Assembly (NCBI GenBank): GCA_043757865.1
Contig: JAYVOP010000254.1
Span: 1-55,140 of the forward strand
Reading direction: 5' to 3'
DNA: 55,140 nt
DNA from: Verrucomicrobiales bacterium
GTDB taxonomy: Bacteria > Verrucomicrobiota > Verrucomicrobiia > Verrucomicrobiales > V1-33
Of the stretch, positions 1 to 7,638 are shown in pieces. How positions within the stretch are numbered: the first letter of the stretch is position 1; the number at the start of each line of letters is the position of its first letter. The notes under the pieces were generated by a model that saw only the letters and a program-made list of their open reading frames with translations, was not told the DNA's origin and ran no database searches. Both the position numbers and the translations under genes were made by a program.

Positions 1-1762
1 CTTCATCTCCCTCGTCTGCGACCAAAAGACCAACCGCAACAAAAAGGACAACCACGGCATCCGCCCCCTGCCCAATCTGGAAACCAAGTTCGTCGCCGCA
101 GACACCCTCATCGGCCTGCCGGAGATGACCCAATCCCTGCTCGTCGATCCCCGCGTCGGCCTCATCGAGAAGGAGATCGAATCTCTCTACCACAGCCACT
201 TCTCCGAGCAGAACCGCACCAGAAAACTAACCAATCAGCGCAAGGTCAAAACCCTCCGGCAGGAACTGGGAAAACTCCTCGCCGAAAGCCTCATGGCTCC
301 AAAAAAGGCGAAGCATGTCGCCGAGTGGGATCCATTTGATCCGCAATCTTGCGCCGACTTCTTCGATCCGCACTGGATGTTTGGACAAGTGCTTGCAGAT
401 GGTTTCGATATAGTAATCGCCAATCCGCCGTATCTATTTTTAAGCGGGAAAGGTAGTCTTGTCCAAAAGCTGGCCAAAGAGGGCAAGCAACAACAGGCAG
501 AAAGGTTGAAAGCATATTTTGATCTGGTTGCAGACCGCCTGCCCCGTTCGTCAGAGGGTTGCAGGGACTACTACAAATGGTTCATTGACAGAGGTCTTAG
601 TTTACTTACGCCAGAAGGCGTCCTAGCCTACATTACGCCCAACACTTTTCTGACATTGAATAGGTATGCGGATGTCAGAAAGCTGCTTTTCGAGAATGCC
701 CTGTCCCGCTCAAACATCATTGATTTAGGATTTGATGTCTTTGAGGTGCCGATTGTCCCTTCAGCAATAACTGTAATTCAGAGAAAATCCGGTAAGGAGG
801 GTAAGTCAGCGATCAAATTTGCTGACTTGAAGCAAACGGAAGGCATATTCAAGTCCACTGAGGCTATTCAATCCGCTGTGACAGAGGGATCGATTGAGGT
901 CGCTTATAAAGACACTCAGTTGCTTTTGTTCAAACATCCATTGGCTGAGTCTATCTATCTCAACGCATCAAAATCTGGCATTCACTACTTCAAAGCCAAG
1001 GAGGGAGAACACGGCTTGGATATGAGTAGATTGCTGGCGAGCACAGCCACTTCACGAGGTGTAGTTCCTGTTGTGATTGATTCAGAACTGTCGCGATTTG
1101 TGTTCTGTCGCGAAGGCTCAGTTCCTGTAGATGCTTGCCCTAGGTTCGACTCGGATTTGCACAGCGGGCGCAGAATGTTCATCCGAAAGACTGGAGACAG
1201 TATAGTGTGTGGATTTCCTAACGGCGAACATACCGCAGTCGCCCACCAAAATGTTTACGTGGTAAAAGCGCACGACCAACGGTTGCACTGGACGGTTTCG
1301 GCAATCCTCAACTCGTCGGTTGCAACATTCTTATACCGCTGCGGTATCCACGGCCAAAAAGGCAGAATCATGGCTCAATTTCGAGTTCATGCCTTAGAGG
1401 CAATTCCATTCCCTGCCGAGCTACGCCCAAGTCAAGCTACGCTGTTTGCCTGCATTGTGCCACAGTTTCGGGTCGCAACACCAGCCGAGCGAGCCTTCCT
1501 CGAAGACCTCATCGACGCCTGCGTGATGGAGTGTTACTTCCGCGAGCACATGGCGGAGCGGGACCTGCTCTTTCACGACACCCTTGCGCCCCACCTCGCC
1601 GCCTACGCCCCCGAGGCCAGCGAAGCGCAGCAGCGCGACTTCCTCACCCACCTCCACCAGACGCTCAACGCCCCCAGCCACCCCATCCGCAACCGCCTCC
1701 TCCGCCTCACCGCCGACAGCCCCGACCTCCTCGCCGTCATCAAACAGGAGGGCCGCGTATGA
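1..1762 (+). CDS. Type IIG (Eco57I-like) restriction-modification enzyme / N6-adenine DNA methyltransferase with C-terminal target recognition domain; 5'-partial
   Basis: The frame is open from base 2 (FISLVCDQ...RPLPNLETKFVAADTL), so the gene starts upstream of the window. It contains the amino-MTase motif IV GFDIVIANPPY, GVLAYITPNTFL, and a TaqI_C-like TRD (IRKTG...AILNS). No endonuclease domain is visible within the window. Confidence 0.88.
   Translation, partial: FISLVCDQKTNRNKKDNHGIRPLPNLETKFVAADTLIGLPEMTQSLLVDPRVGLIEKEIESLYHSHFSEQNRTRKLTNQRKVKTLRQELGKLLAESLMAPKKAKHVAEWDPFDPQSCADFFDPHWMFGQVLADGFDIVIANPPYLFLSGKGSLVQKLAKEGKQQQAERLKAYFDLVADRLPRSSEGCRDYYKWFIDRGLSLLTPEGVLAYITPNTFLTLNRYADVRKLLFENALSRSNIIDLGFDVFEVPIVPSAITVIQRKSGKEGKSAIKFADLKQTEGIFKSTEAIQSAVTEGSIEVAYKDTQLLLFKHPLAESIYLNASKSGIHYFKAKEGEHGLDMSRLLASTATSRGVVPVVIDSELSRFVFCREGSVPVDACPRFDSDLHSGRRMFIRKTGDSIVCGFPNGEHTAVAHQNVYVVKAHDQRLHWTVSAILNSSVATFLYRCGIHGQKGRIMAQFRVHALEAIPFPAELRPSQATLFACIVPQFRVATPAERAFLEDLIDACVMECYFREHMAERDLLFHDTLAPHLAAYAPEASEAQQRDFLTHLHQTLNAPSHPIRNRLLRLTADSPDLLAVIKQEGRV
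1554..1762 (+). repeat. Direct repeat copy 1 = 3' end of the R-M gene (ERDLLFHDTLAPHL...IKQEGRV*), including AGGAGG and an ATGA stop/start overlap
   Basis: Aligns by eye with 3452-3635 and 3894-4141. Confidence 0.95.
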
Positions 1763-3447
1763 AATCCCGTCTCCACAAAATCGAGATCACCAACTTCAAA
1801 GCCTTCCGCCAGTTCACCCTCCCGCTCGAAGGCCGCCACCTCCTCGTTTACGGCGACAACGGAGCCGGCAAATCCTCCCTCTATTGGTCACTCTACACGT
1901 TTCTACAAAGCGCCCGAAAACCGACATTAGGGGATGCCGGAATCGCAAAATATTTCGATCCCGCAGTTCTGCAAAATCTGCTCAACACTCACGAGCAAAC
2001 GGAACCAAACCCACGGCCCAGCGAGATCGCTGTGACGTTGCGTGATATGGCGACGAAGACCGATACCACCTATCGGATCGGAAGGGATTTAAGCGGGCAA
2101 ACCATCCATGGCACGCAACAGCAGCCGGCCATCCTAAAAGGTGACCTCGCCAGCGACTTCATCACTTATCGCTTCTTCTTTGGCTTTTCCCATTTCCGCA
2201 ATTCTAAAGAACTGAATCTCTGGCCGCTATTCGAGGAAGAAATCCTACCGTTCTGCGTATCGACAGGAGGAAAAGTTCCTTTGGAGAGCTGGCAAGCCAT
2301 CAAATCAGAAAGCCCGAATCCCGGTGCATATAAAGGATTGGCGGGAACATACGCCTACGACCGCTTTATCGCGGACACGCAAGCCTTTGCCGGAATCCTC
2401 CCAGGTATCGTGGATGGAATCAGCGCCGAGGCCCAGCGCTTCTACGACAAGCACTTTGCCGCTGACGACAAGGCGAAAATAACGCTCAAGCTTGGGGTCA
2501 CAAAGCTCCCATCCTACGACTTCGATTCGCGGACCTTCACAAAGCCTGAAATCAAATTTGGGATCCAAATTCCGGGGAAAAACATCACTCGCCCGCAGAG
2601 CTTCTTGAATGAAGCGAAGCTGACCCAACTCGCGCTCTCCGTCCGCTTCGCTGCCTCGCTGGTTAACCTGCACGAGTCCGATCTCAAGCTCCTCGTTCTC
2701 GACGATCTTCTCGTGAGCCTCGACATGAGCAACCGGATGAAGGTCGTCGAGATCCTCCTCACTGACGCCGCTTTGGCCAACTATCAAAAGGTCATCCTCA
2801 CCCACGATCTCGGCTTCTTCCGGGAGTTCCGCCGCACCATTGGGCCGAGCCATCCCGATTGGTCCTTCATTCGCTTGGTGGGTGACCCGAAAACCACCAT
2901 CACCTGCCAGAGCGAGAAGACCGAGCTGCAAAAAGCCGAAGAACATCTTCACGGTCGCTGTCTGGACGAAGCCGCCATTTGTCTCCGTAAAGCCGCTGAA
3001 GACATGGCCAAACGTTACCGCGAATGGGCGACAAGCACGAAGCTACCTCCCGGAGAGTTCTTCACGCTCACCGAGAACCTCCGCGCCGCAAAAAACAAAC
3101 TGCTGGAGAAGATTCCAACTCAACTTTACGACCGTGTTCTCAACGGCACACCTGCAGCACACCGGGACCACCTCATGCCCGCTGGCGACGACGACATTGA
3201 CGCACTCTCCGGCCTCAACGTTGCCGACCGTGGCAAGCTCAAGAGTTCGCGAAAGCACCTGCGCTCTCTCCTCAAAGACGAGAACTGGAAAGTGATGGAG
3301 AACATCAAGCTGATCGACCAAGTCCTCAATACCACCGAGCGCGTCCTCAACCCCGGAGCCCACGGCAGCGATGCCCCGCTTTACGAACACGAAGTCCAGA
3401 AGGCGCTCGACCTCCTCAAGCAACTCGAAACCGTTTTCGCGGTATGA
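1759..3447 (+). CDS. ABC/SMC-type ATPase with probable C-terminal HEPN nuclease domain (RloC/PrrC-like)
   Basis: The ATG at 1759 overlaps the R-M stop, with AGGAGG at 1746-1751. Motifs: KIEITNFKAF, Walker A GDNGAGKSS, signature-like FLNEAKL, Walker B LLVLDD, H-loop ILTHD, and C-terminal AAICLRKAAE...RVLNPGAH (Rx6H). Confidence 0.8.
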   Translation: MKSRLHKIEITNFKAFRQFTLPLEGRHLLVYGDNGAGKSSLYWSLYTFLQSARKPTLGDAGIAKYFDPAVLQNLLNTHEQTEPNPRPSEIAVTLRDMATKTDTTYRIGRDLSGQTIHGTQQQPAILKGDLASDFITYRFFFGFSHFRNSKELNLWPLFEEEILPFCVSTGGKVPLESWQAIKSESPNPGAYKGLAGTYAYDRFIADTQAFAGILPGIVDGISAEAQRFYDKHFAADDKAKITLKLGVTKLPSYDFDSRTFTKPEIKFGIQIPGKNITRPQSFLNEAKLTQLALSVRFAASLVNLHESDLKLLVLDDLLVSLDMSNRMKVVEILLTDAALANYQKVILTHDLGFFREFRRTIGPSHPDWSFIRLVGDPKTTITCQSEKTELQKAEEHLHGRCLDEAAICLRKAAEDMAKRYREWATSTKLPPGEFFTLTENLRAAKNKLLEKIPTQLYDRVLNGTPAAHRDHLMPAGDDDIDALSGLNVADRGKLKSSRKHLRSLLKDENWKVMENIKLIDQVLNTTERVLNPGAHGSDAPLYEHEVQKALDLLKQLETVFAV

Positions 3448-3635
3448 GCCCCACTCTTGCGCCCCACCTCGCCGCCTACGCCCCCGAGGCCAGCGAAGCG
3501 CAGCAGCGCGACTTCCTCACGCACCTCCACCAGACCCTCAACGCCCCCAACCACCCCATCCGCAACCGCCTCCTCCCCCTCACCGCCGACAGCCCGGACC
3601 TCCTCGCCATCATCAAACAGGAGGGCAAGGTATGA
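3444..3635 (+). CDS. 63-aa ORF near-identical to the C-terminal segment of the R-M enzyme (gene fragment or stand-alone mini-protein)
   Basis: The ATG overlaps the ATPase stop (ATGA). The peptide TLAPHLAAYAPEASE...IKQEGKV matches the R-M C-terminus. Confidence 0.45.
   Translation: MSPTLAPHLAAYAPEASEAQQRDFLTHLHQTLNAPNHPIRNRLLPLTADSPDLLAIIKQEGKV
3452..3635 (+). repeat. Direct repeat copy 2 of the R-M 3' end
   Basis: 184 bp ungapped match to 1579-1762; 10 mismatches by manual count. Confidence 0.95.
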
Positions 3636-3693
3636 ATCGAAATCGCCATCGTAGAAGGGTCGGCCAAATGAGCACCCGCGCTTCACACGTCTT

Positions 3694-3886
3694 GAGGGCC
3701 AAAGGCCCGGCCCCATACCAGCCCAGGGCAACGCCCTGGGTTACCCGTCGCAAAAATGACCCAAGCCCTGAAAGGGCGACCCAACCGCCGCGCCCGGCCA
3801 TGTCCCGCCCCTTCAGGGCTAGATCGGAACGGAACCCGAAACCCAGGGCGTTGCCCTGGGCTGGCATGGCCCGCACCGTTGGTGCT
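3694..3886. repeat. REP/REPIN-like nested palindromic element
   Basis: Outer inverted repeat 3713-3742 / 3840-3869 (29/30), each arm carrying the hairpin CCCAGGGC-N3-GCCCTGGG. Inner inverted repeat 3764-3778 / 3806-3820 (AGCCCTGAAAGGGCG, 14/15). Extra hairpin GGGCC-AAA-GGCCC. Confidence 0.8.
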
Positions 3887-3893
3887 GAAAACC

Positions 3894-4141
3894 CGGAGCG
3901 CGACCTGCTCTTTCACGACACCCTCGCGCCCCACCTCTCCAATGTGGAGCAGACATTCCTGTCTGCTTCCGCTTCCTCCTCAAACACAGACAAGAAGTCT
4001 GTGCCACCTTCCTCACCTTCCTCACCCACCTCCACCAGACCCTCAACGCCCCCAGCCACCCCATCCTTTCTCGCCCTCCTTCGCCTCACCGCCGACAGCC
4101 CCGACCTCCTCGCCATCATCAAACAGGAGGGCCGGGTGTAA
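3894..4141 (+). repeat. Direct repeat copy 3 of the R-M 3' end, interrupted by a REP doublet
   Basis: Matches 1554-1597 and then 1640-1762; 42 bp of copy 1 are replaced by 80 bp (3938-4017). Confidence 0.92.
3944..4007. repeat. REP doublet of a second family (GTGG-hairpin ... hairpin-CCAC)
   Basis: GTGG+AGCAGACA-TTCC-TGTCTGCT (3944-3967) facing CACAGAC-AAGAA-GTCTGTG+CCAC (3985-4007). Confidence 0.75.
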
Positions 4142-4151
4142 CTTTCAAATA

Positions 4152-4187
4152 TGCCATCATTGACGCAATGCTGGCACTGCTTACATT
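4152..4187 (+). promoter_or_regulatory. Putative sigma70 promoter and operator of the TA operon (probably leaderless)
   Basis: TTGACG (4160-4165), 16 bp spacer, TACATT (4182-4187), ending 6 bp before ATG 4194. Near-palindrome GCAATGC-TG-GCACTGC in the spacer; TGCCATCA at 4152-4159. Confidence 0.55.
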
Positions 4188-4193
4188 TTTGGA

Positions 4194-4454
4194 ATGAGCA
4201 CGACCTTAACGATTCGAAATCTTCCCCAGCCCGTGAAACAAAAGCTGCGGATGCACGCCGCGATCCATGGCCGCTCGATGGAGGCAGAGGCTCGGGACAT
4301 TCTCACCCGCTTCGTGGATGGCGAAAAAATCCTACCCCCACGGACTCCCGAAGAAATGCGAGAGCGTCTGCTCGCTGTCACAGGGATTTGGAAAGATCGA
4401 GCCGAAGGGAAAAGCACGGATGAGATTATGAAGGAACTCCGGGGCGATGACTGA
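4194..4454 (+). CDS. FitA/StbC-like ribbon-helix-helix antitoxin
   Basis: LTIRNLPQPVKQKLRMHAAIHGRSMEAEARDIL is a typical FitA/Arc RHH sequence; the gene overlaps a PIN gene. Confidence 0.88.
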   Translation: MSTTLTIRNLPQPVKQKLRMHAAIHGRSMEAEARDILTRFVDGEKILPPRTPEEMRERLLAVTGIWKDRAEGKSTDEIMKELRGDD

Positions 4455-4848
4455 TTTCGTCCTGGTCGATACAAACATTGTCCTTGATGTGACCAAGGCC
4501 GATCCCGACTGGCTGGGTTGGTCTCGCGATCAGATGGGCCAGTATCCGGGCCGGTTGGTTATCAATCCCCTCATTTATGCAGAACTCTGCCATCAGGCTG
4601 AACCAATTGAGGCTGTAGAATCCATGGTCGCCACGCTGGGTTTAGATTTCAGGGATTTGCCGAGGGAGGCTCTCTTTTTGGCAGCCAAGTCGTATAAAAT
4701 TTATCGGCAACGAGGCGGGACGAAGTCCGCACCACTGGCTGACTTTTTTATCGGCGCACACGCTCAGGCGGAAGGCTTTACCTTGCTGACGCGCGACCCA
4801 ACCCGCTACCAAACTTATTTCCCTGCCGTTTCACTCATTTGCCCATGA
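4447..4848 (+). CDS. VapC/PIN-domain toxin
   Basis: VLVDTNIVLD, IYAEL, ADFFIGAHA and LLTRD PIN motifs are intact. Confidence 0.92.
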   Translation: MTDFVLVDTNIVLDVTKADPDWLGWSRDQMGQYPGRLVINPLIYAELCHQAEPIEAVESMVATLGLDFRDLPREALFLAAKSYKIYRQRGGTKSAPLADFFIGAHAQAEGFTLLTRDPTRYQTYFPAVSLICP

Positions 4849-4940
4849 ACAACGAAATCCCCCTCCTTTGGAGCCAAGAAGCAAACCGCCGAGCGCAAGA
4901 CGGGCGCGCGCGATGGGAAGAAGTGCTGATTTAGGGGAGC

Positions 4941-5759
4941 CTAGCGGGGGACGATCTCCACCACCAGCGCAGTCAGATTATCCTCCCCGCCACGGTAAAG
5001 CGCTTCCTCCATCAGCGCAGGCGTCAGCAATTCCACGTCGGGCGCAGCCATTTGCAGGGCGAGATCGTGATCCCACATGCCATCGTTGACCCCATCCGTG
5101 CAGAGCAGGAAGCGATCCCCCGCAGAATATGACAGGGACGTGAGCTGTGGGTCCATGAACTGCGCCCCTGCGCCTAGCACCTTTTGCAGAATGTTCCGCT
5201 GCGGGTGCCGCCGCGCCTCCGGCTCGGTTAGGGTGCCCTGCCGCCGCATCCAGCCCACATAAGTATGGTCCACCGTGAGCTGCGTCAGGGCCCCCGCCTG
5301 CGGCAAATGATAAATGCGGCTGTCCCCCACATGGGCTAGGTAAAGCGCGTCCGGCGTGATCCATCCCAGGCTCAGCGTAGCGCCCATGCCCGCACATTCG
5401 GGGTAATGCCGCCCATAGCTAACCATGTCTGCATGGATGCGTTTAAAGAGATTCTCTAACACGGTCAGATACTGGCTAGCGTCCGTGCTACTGGGCCGCC
5501 GAAAGGCGGGCGGGATCATCTGTGCAATGCGATCCATGGCGATCCGGCTGGCGAATTCCCCAGAGTTCGCCCCGCCCATGCCATCGCTCACCGCAAAGAG
5601 GAAATCTTGCTGCACCCGCTCGGCGGTTCCCGTTTTGCCCAGGAACCGCAGCCCTTCGGCATCAAAGGCTAACGCCAGAAACGTGTCCTCATTGTTTGGC
5701 CGATACCTGCCGGGATGCGTCAGGCCAGACCAACGGAGCTGGGGGTGGGGAGCGGTCAT
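4941..5759 (-). CDS. PP2C/PPM-family Ser/Thr protein phosphatase
   Basis: GRYRPNNED, AVSDGMGG, MGATL, HVGDSRIY, LLCTDG, GGEDNLT. Confidence 0.93.
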   Translation of the reverse strand: MTAPHPQLRWSGLTHPGRYRPNNEDTFLALAFDAEGLRFLGKTGTAERVQQDFLFAVSDGMGGANSGEFASRIAMDRIAQMIPPAFRRPSSTDASQYLTVLENLFKRIHADMVSYGRHYPECAGMGATLSLGWITPDALYLAHVGDSRIYHLPQAGALTQLTVDHTYVGWMRRQGTLTEPEARRHPQRNILQKVLGAGAQFMDPQLTSLSYSAGDRFLLCTDGVNDGMWDHDLALQMAAPDVELLTPALMEEALYRGGEDNLTALVVEIVPR

Positions 5760-6136
5760 GCGGGCTCTAGAATCGTGGCTAGTTCAAAGTCGATCACACA
5801 GAAGCGGCCATCGCGATGACGGTAAGTCACATTTCTGGTGAAAGGATCATCATGCCGCACGCCAAACTGCTCCACCTCCGCAAACAACTCCACGAGCCGA
5901 TCCTCCGAGATCCGTTCCACCCGCGCCCCGCAGTTCGTGGTCACGAGCCGCAGTTCCTCGGGAAATGTTTCTAACACGCGGGGCACGAAGCCACAGCCCC
6001 GCTCCTCCAGATAGCGCAGCACGCGCACCTCATTCTCAAAGCGCTCCCGCGCCTCATGCCCCCGAAACGTCTTATACACCCGTCCATCGTAACCAATGCG
6101 AACCAGCGAGCGGGCAGTATCTTTAATCTCATGCAT
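5756..6136 (-). CDS. Small (126 aa) protein kinase-like protein
   Basis: VYK, ENEVRVL, HDDPFTRN (HxDxxxxN) and IDFE motifs. Start moved to MHEIKD; 4-bp overlap with the phosphatase gene. Confidence 0.75.
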   Translation of the reverse strand: MHEIKDTARSLVRIGYDGRVYKTFRGHEARERFENEVRVLRYLEERGCGFVPRVLETFPEELRLVTTNCGARVERISEDRLVELFAEVEQFGVRHDDPFTRNVTYRHRDGRFCVIDFELATILEPA

Positions 6137-6140
6137 GGGG

Positions 6141-7502
6141 TTAGCGCGTCGCGCGCTTGGCCTCGATGGCATTGCGCAGGCTTTGCAATTCCGGCAGTTG
6201 GCGATTCACCTGGGCCGCCTCTGCCGCCATGGCTTCCGCGCCCGGGAGATCGCCACTGGCTAAACGATGTTTCCCGACCATCACCTTTAAATAGGGATCG
6301 CCACCGATCTCCGCATCCGCCTTCAGCAGCGCAGGTTCGATGGCCTCTGGGTGCTCTAACTTAGCCTCAACCTCCGCCAGCAGATTACCCGTCACGATCT
6401 GATTCGTCCCCAACGCTGCACTCCACGTCGGCTGAATCGTCAGTTGTTGTTTGAAATTCTCTAACTCCGTGGGGGAAATGATGCCGTCGATCAATTTCTG
6501 ATAGGCGTGAATTGCCACGTCATAGGCGAAGGGCGAATTCCGCACAGAATCCGGCAGTTCCCGCAAGTCTTGCAGCACGTGGGGCTTGTTCAGCACCTCG
6601 CTGGGGATCATGTTTTTGATGGCCAGGATTTGCTCCTTTGTGAGGTCCTCGCCAAACACCGCTTTCCAAGGACGATTGGCCTCGTTGGCTGTGGGCAGCT
6701 CCATAATCACCTCCCGCCGCACCCAATCACTTGCAAACATCCCCCGCTGACAATCCCAGATGTCTGCCACCTGCCACTGCCCTTCCACGGGCACTACGAG
6801 CAAATCAAAATAACTCACCCGCCCTGGTTTGACCATCGTCCGCAGCAGCAACGCTGGATACCCCGCGCGCGTCCGCAGCTTTACGAACTGACAGTCCACC
6901 CGCTCCAGATCACTGCCCAGAATCTGCCGAAACAGCCCCGGAATATCCGCCGTCCAGTGGGCGCGGATCCCATCCCGGATCACGGTGCTTTCGTGCAATC
7001 CTAACTCCATGTTTTGGCACACGCGGTAGATCACCTCTGGCCACACCACGCGGCGTTGCAGCTCTGCCTTACTGCCTTCCTGCAACTCCGTAGCGATCTG
7101 CTTGCCCAGTGCTAACAACGGCTTTTCCTGCTCCTTTTCTACCTGCACCGCCGGGTAGGGATCGTATTGCACATCGATCTTATCCACGAACAACTTCTGC
7201 ACGAAGAAATACACCAGCATCACGGGCAGCCCCAGCCCTACGGCCCAGATCCCCAGATTAGCCCAAGGGTTAGGGGCGCGCGGATCACGCTTCCGTGGGG
7301 GCTTCCCGGTGCCCTTATATTTATCTCCCACCTTCGTCTTCTTGGGGGCTTGCACGCGGGTATAGCCAGCGGGGGGCTGTCCGCCTAACGGCTCGGCGGC
7401 ATAGTCCTCCTCCAGCATTTCCTCATCGTAAAATTCAGGGTCATGCGCGGGATCAGAGTCAGGTGGTGGATTCATAAAAATAGGCCCAGAGTCTGTGGAC
7501 AC
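6141..7502 (-). CDS. Hypothetical single-pass membrane protein with acidic disordered N-terminus and TPR-like C-terminal helices
   Basis: Long ORF with one TM segment (LGIWAVGLGLPVMLVYFFV). The start may be the ATG at 7475. Confidence 0.7.
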   Translation of the reverse strand: MSTDSGPIFMNPPPDSDPAHDPEFYDEEMLEEDYAAEPLGGQPPAGYTRVQAPKKTKVGDKYKGTGKPPRKRDPRAPNPWANLGIWAVGLGLPVMLVYFFVQKLFVDKIDVQYDPYPAVQVEKEQEKPLLALGKQIATELQEGSKAELQRRVVWPEVIYRVCQNMELGLHESTVIRDGIRAHWTADIPGLFRQILGSDLERVDCQFVKLRTRAGYPALLLRTMVKPGRVSYFDLLVVPVEGQWQVADIWDCQRGMFASDWVRREVIMELPTANEANRPWKAVFGEDLTKEQILAIKNMIPSEVLNKPHVLQDLRELPDSVRNSPFAYDVAIHAYQKLIDGIISPTELENFKQQLTIQPTWSAALGTNQIVTGNLLAEVEAKLEHPEAIEPALLKADAEIGGDPYLKVMVGKHRLASGDLPGAEAMAAEAAQVNRQLPELQSLRNAIEAKRATR

Positions 7503-7638
7503 TCAGCCCACAGGCCAAGTGAAATCTCACCTCCAGAGCGATGAATTTTGCCCGGCGTGCGGGTCGGCCTTGCAGGCCTTCCGGGATGCACTACAGCACG
7601 CGTGCCCCCCTCGCCTCACTCATTCTTGCTCCATCCCT

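Noticed and set aside
1531-1758. N-terminal 76-aa extension of the ATPase ORF in the ORF track
   Set aside because: It is an alternative-frame read of the R-M tail; the real start is ATG 1759, with an SD and stop/start overlap
1554-4141. CRISPR array, shufflon or DGR interpretation of the repeats
   Set aside because: The repeats are ~200 bp, direct, coding-derived and irregularly spaced. There are no inverted TRD cassettes and no adenine-specific mismatches, and no cas, invertase or reverse transcriptase gene in the window.
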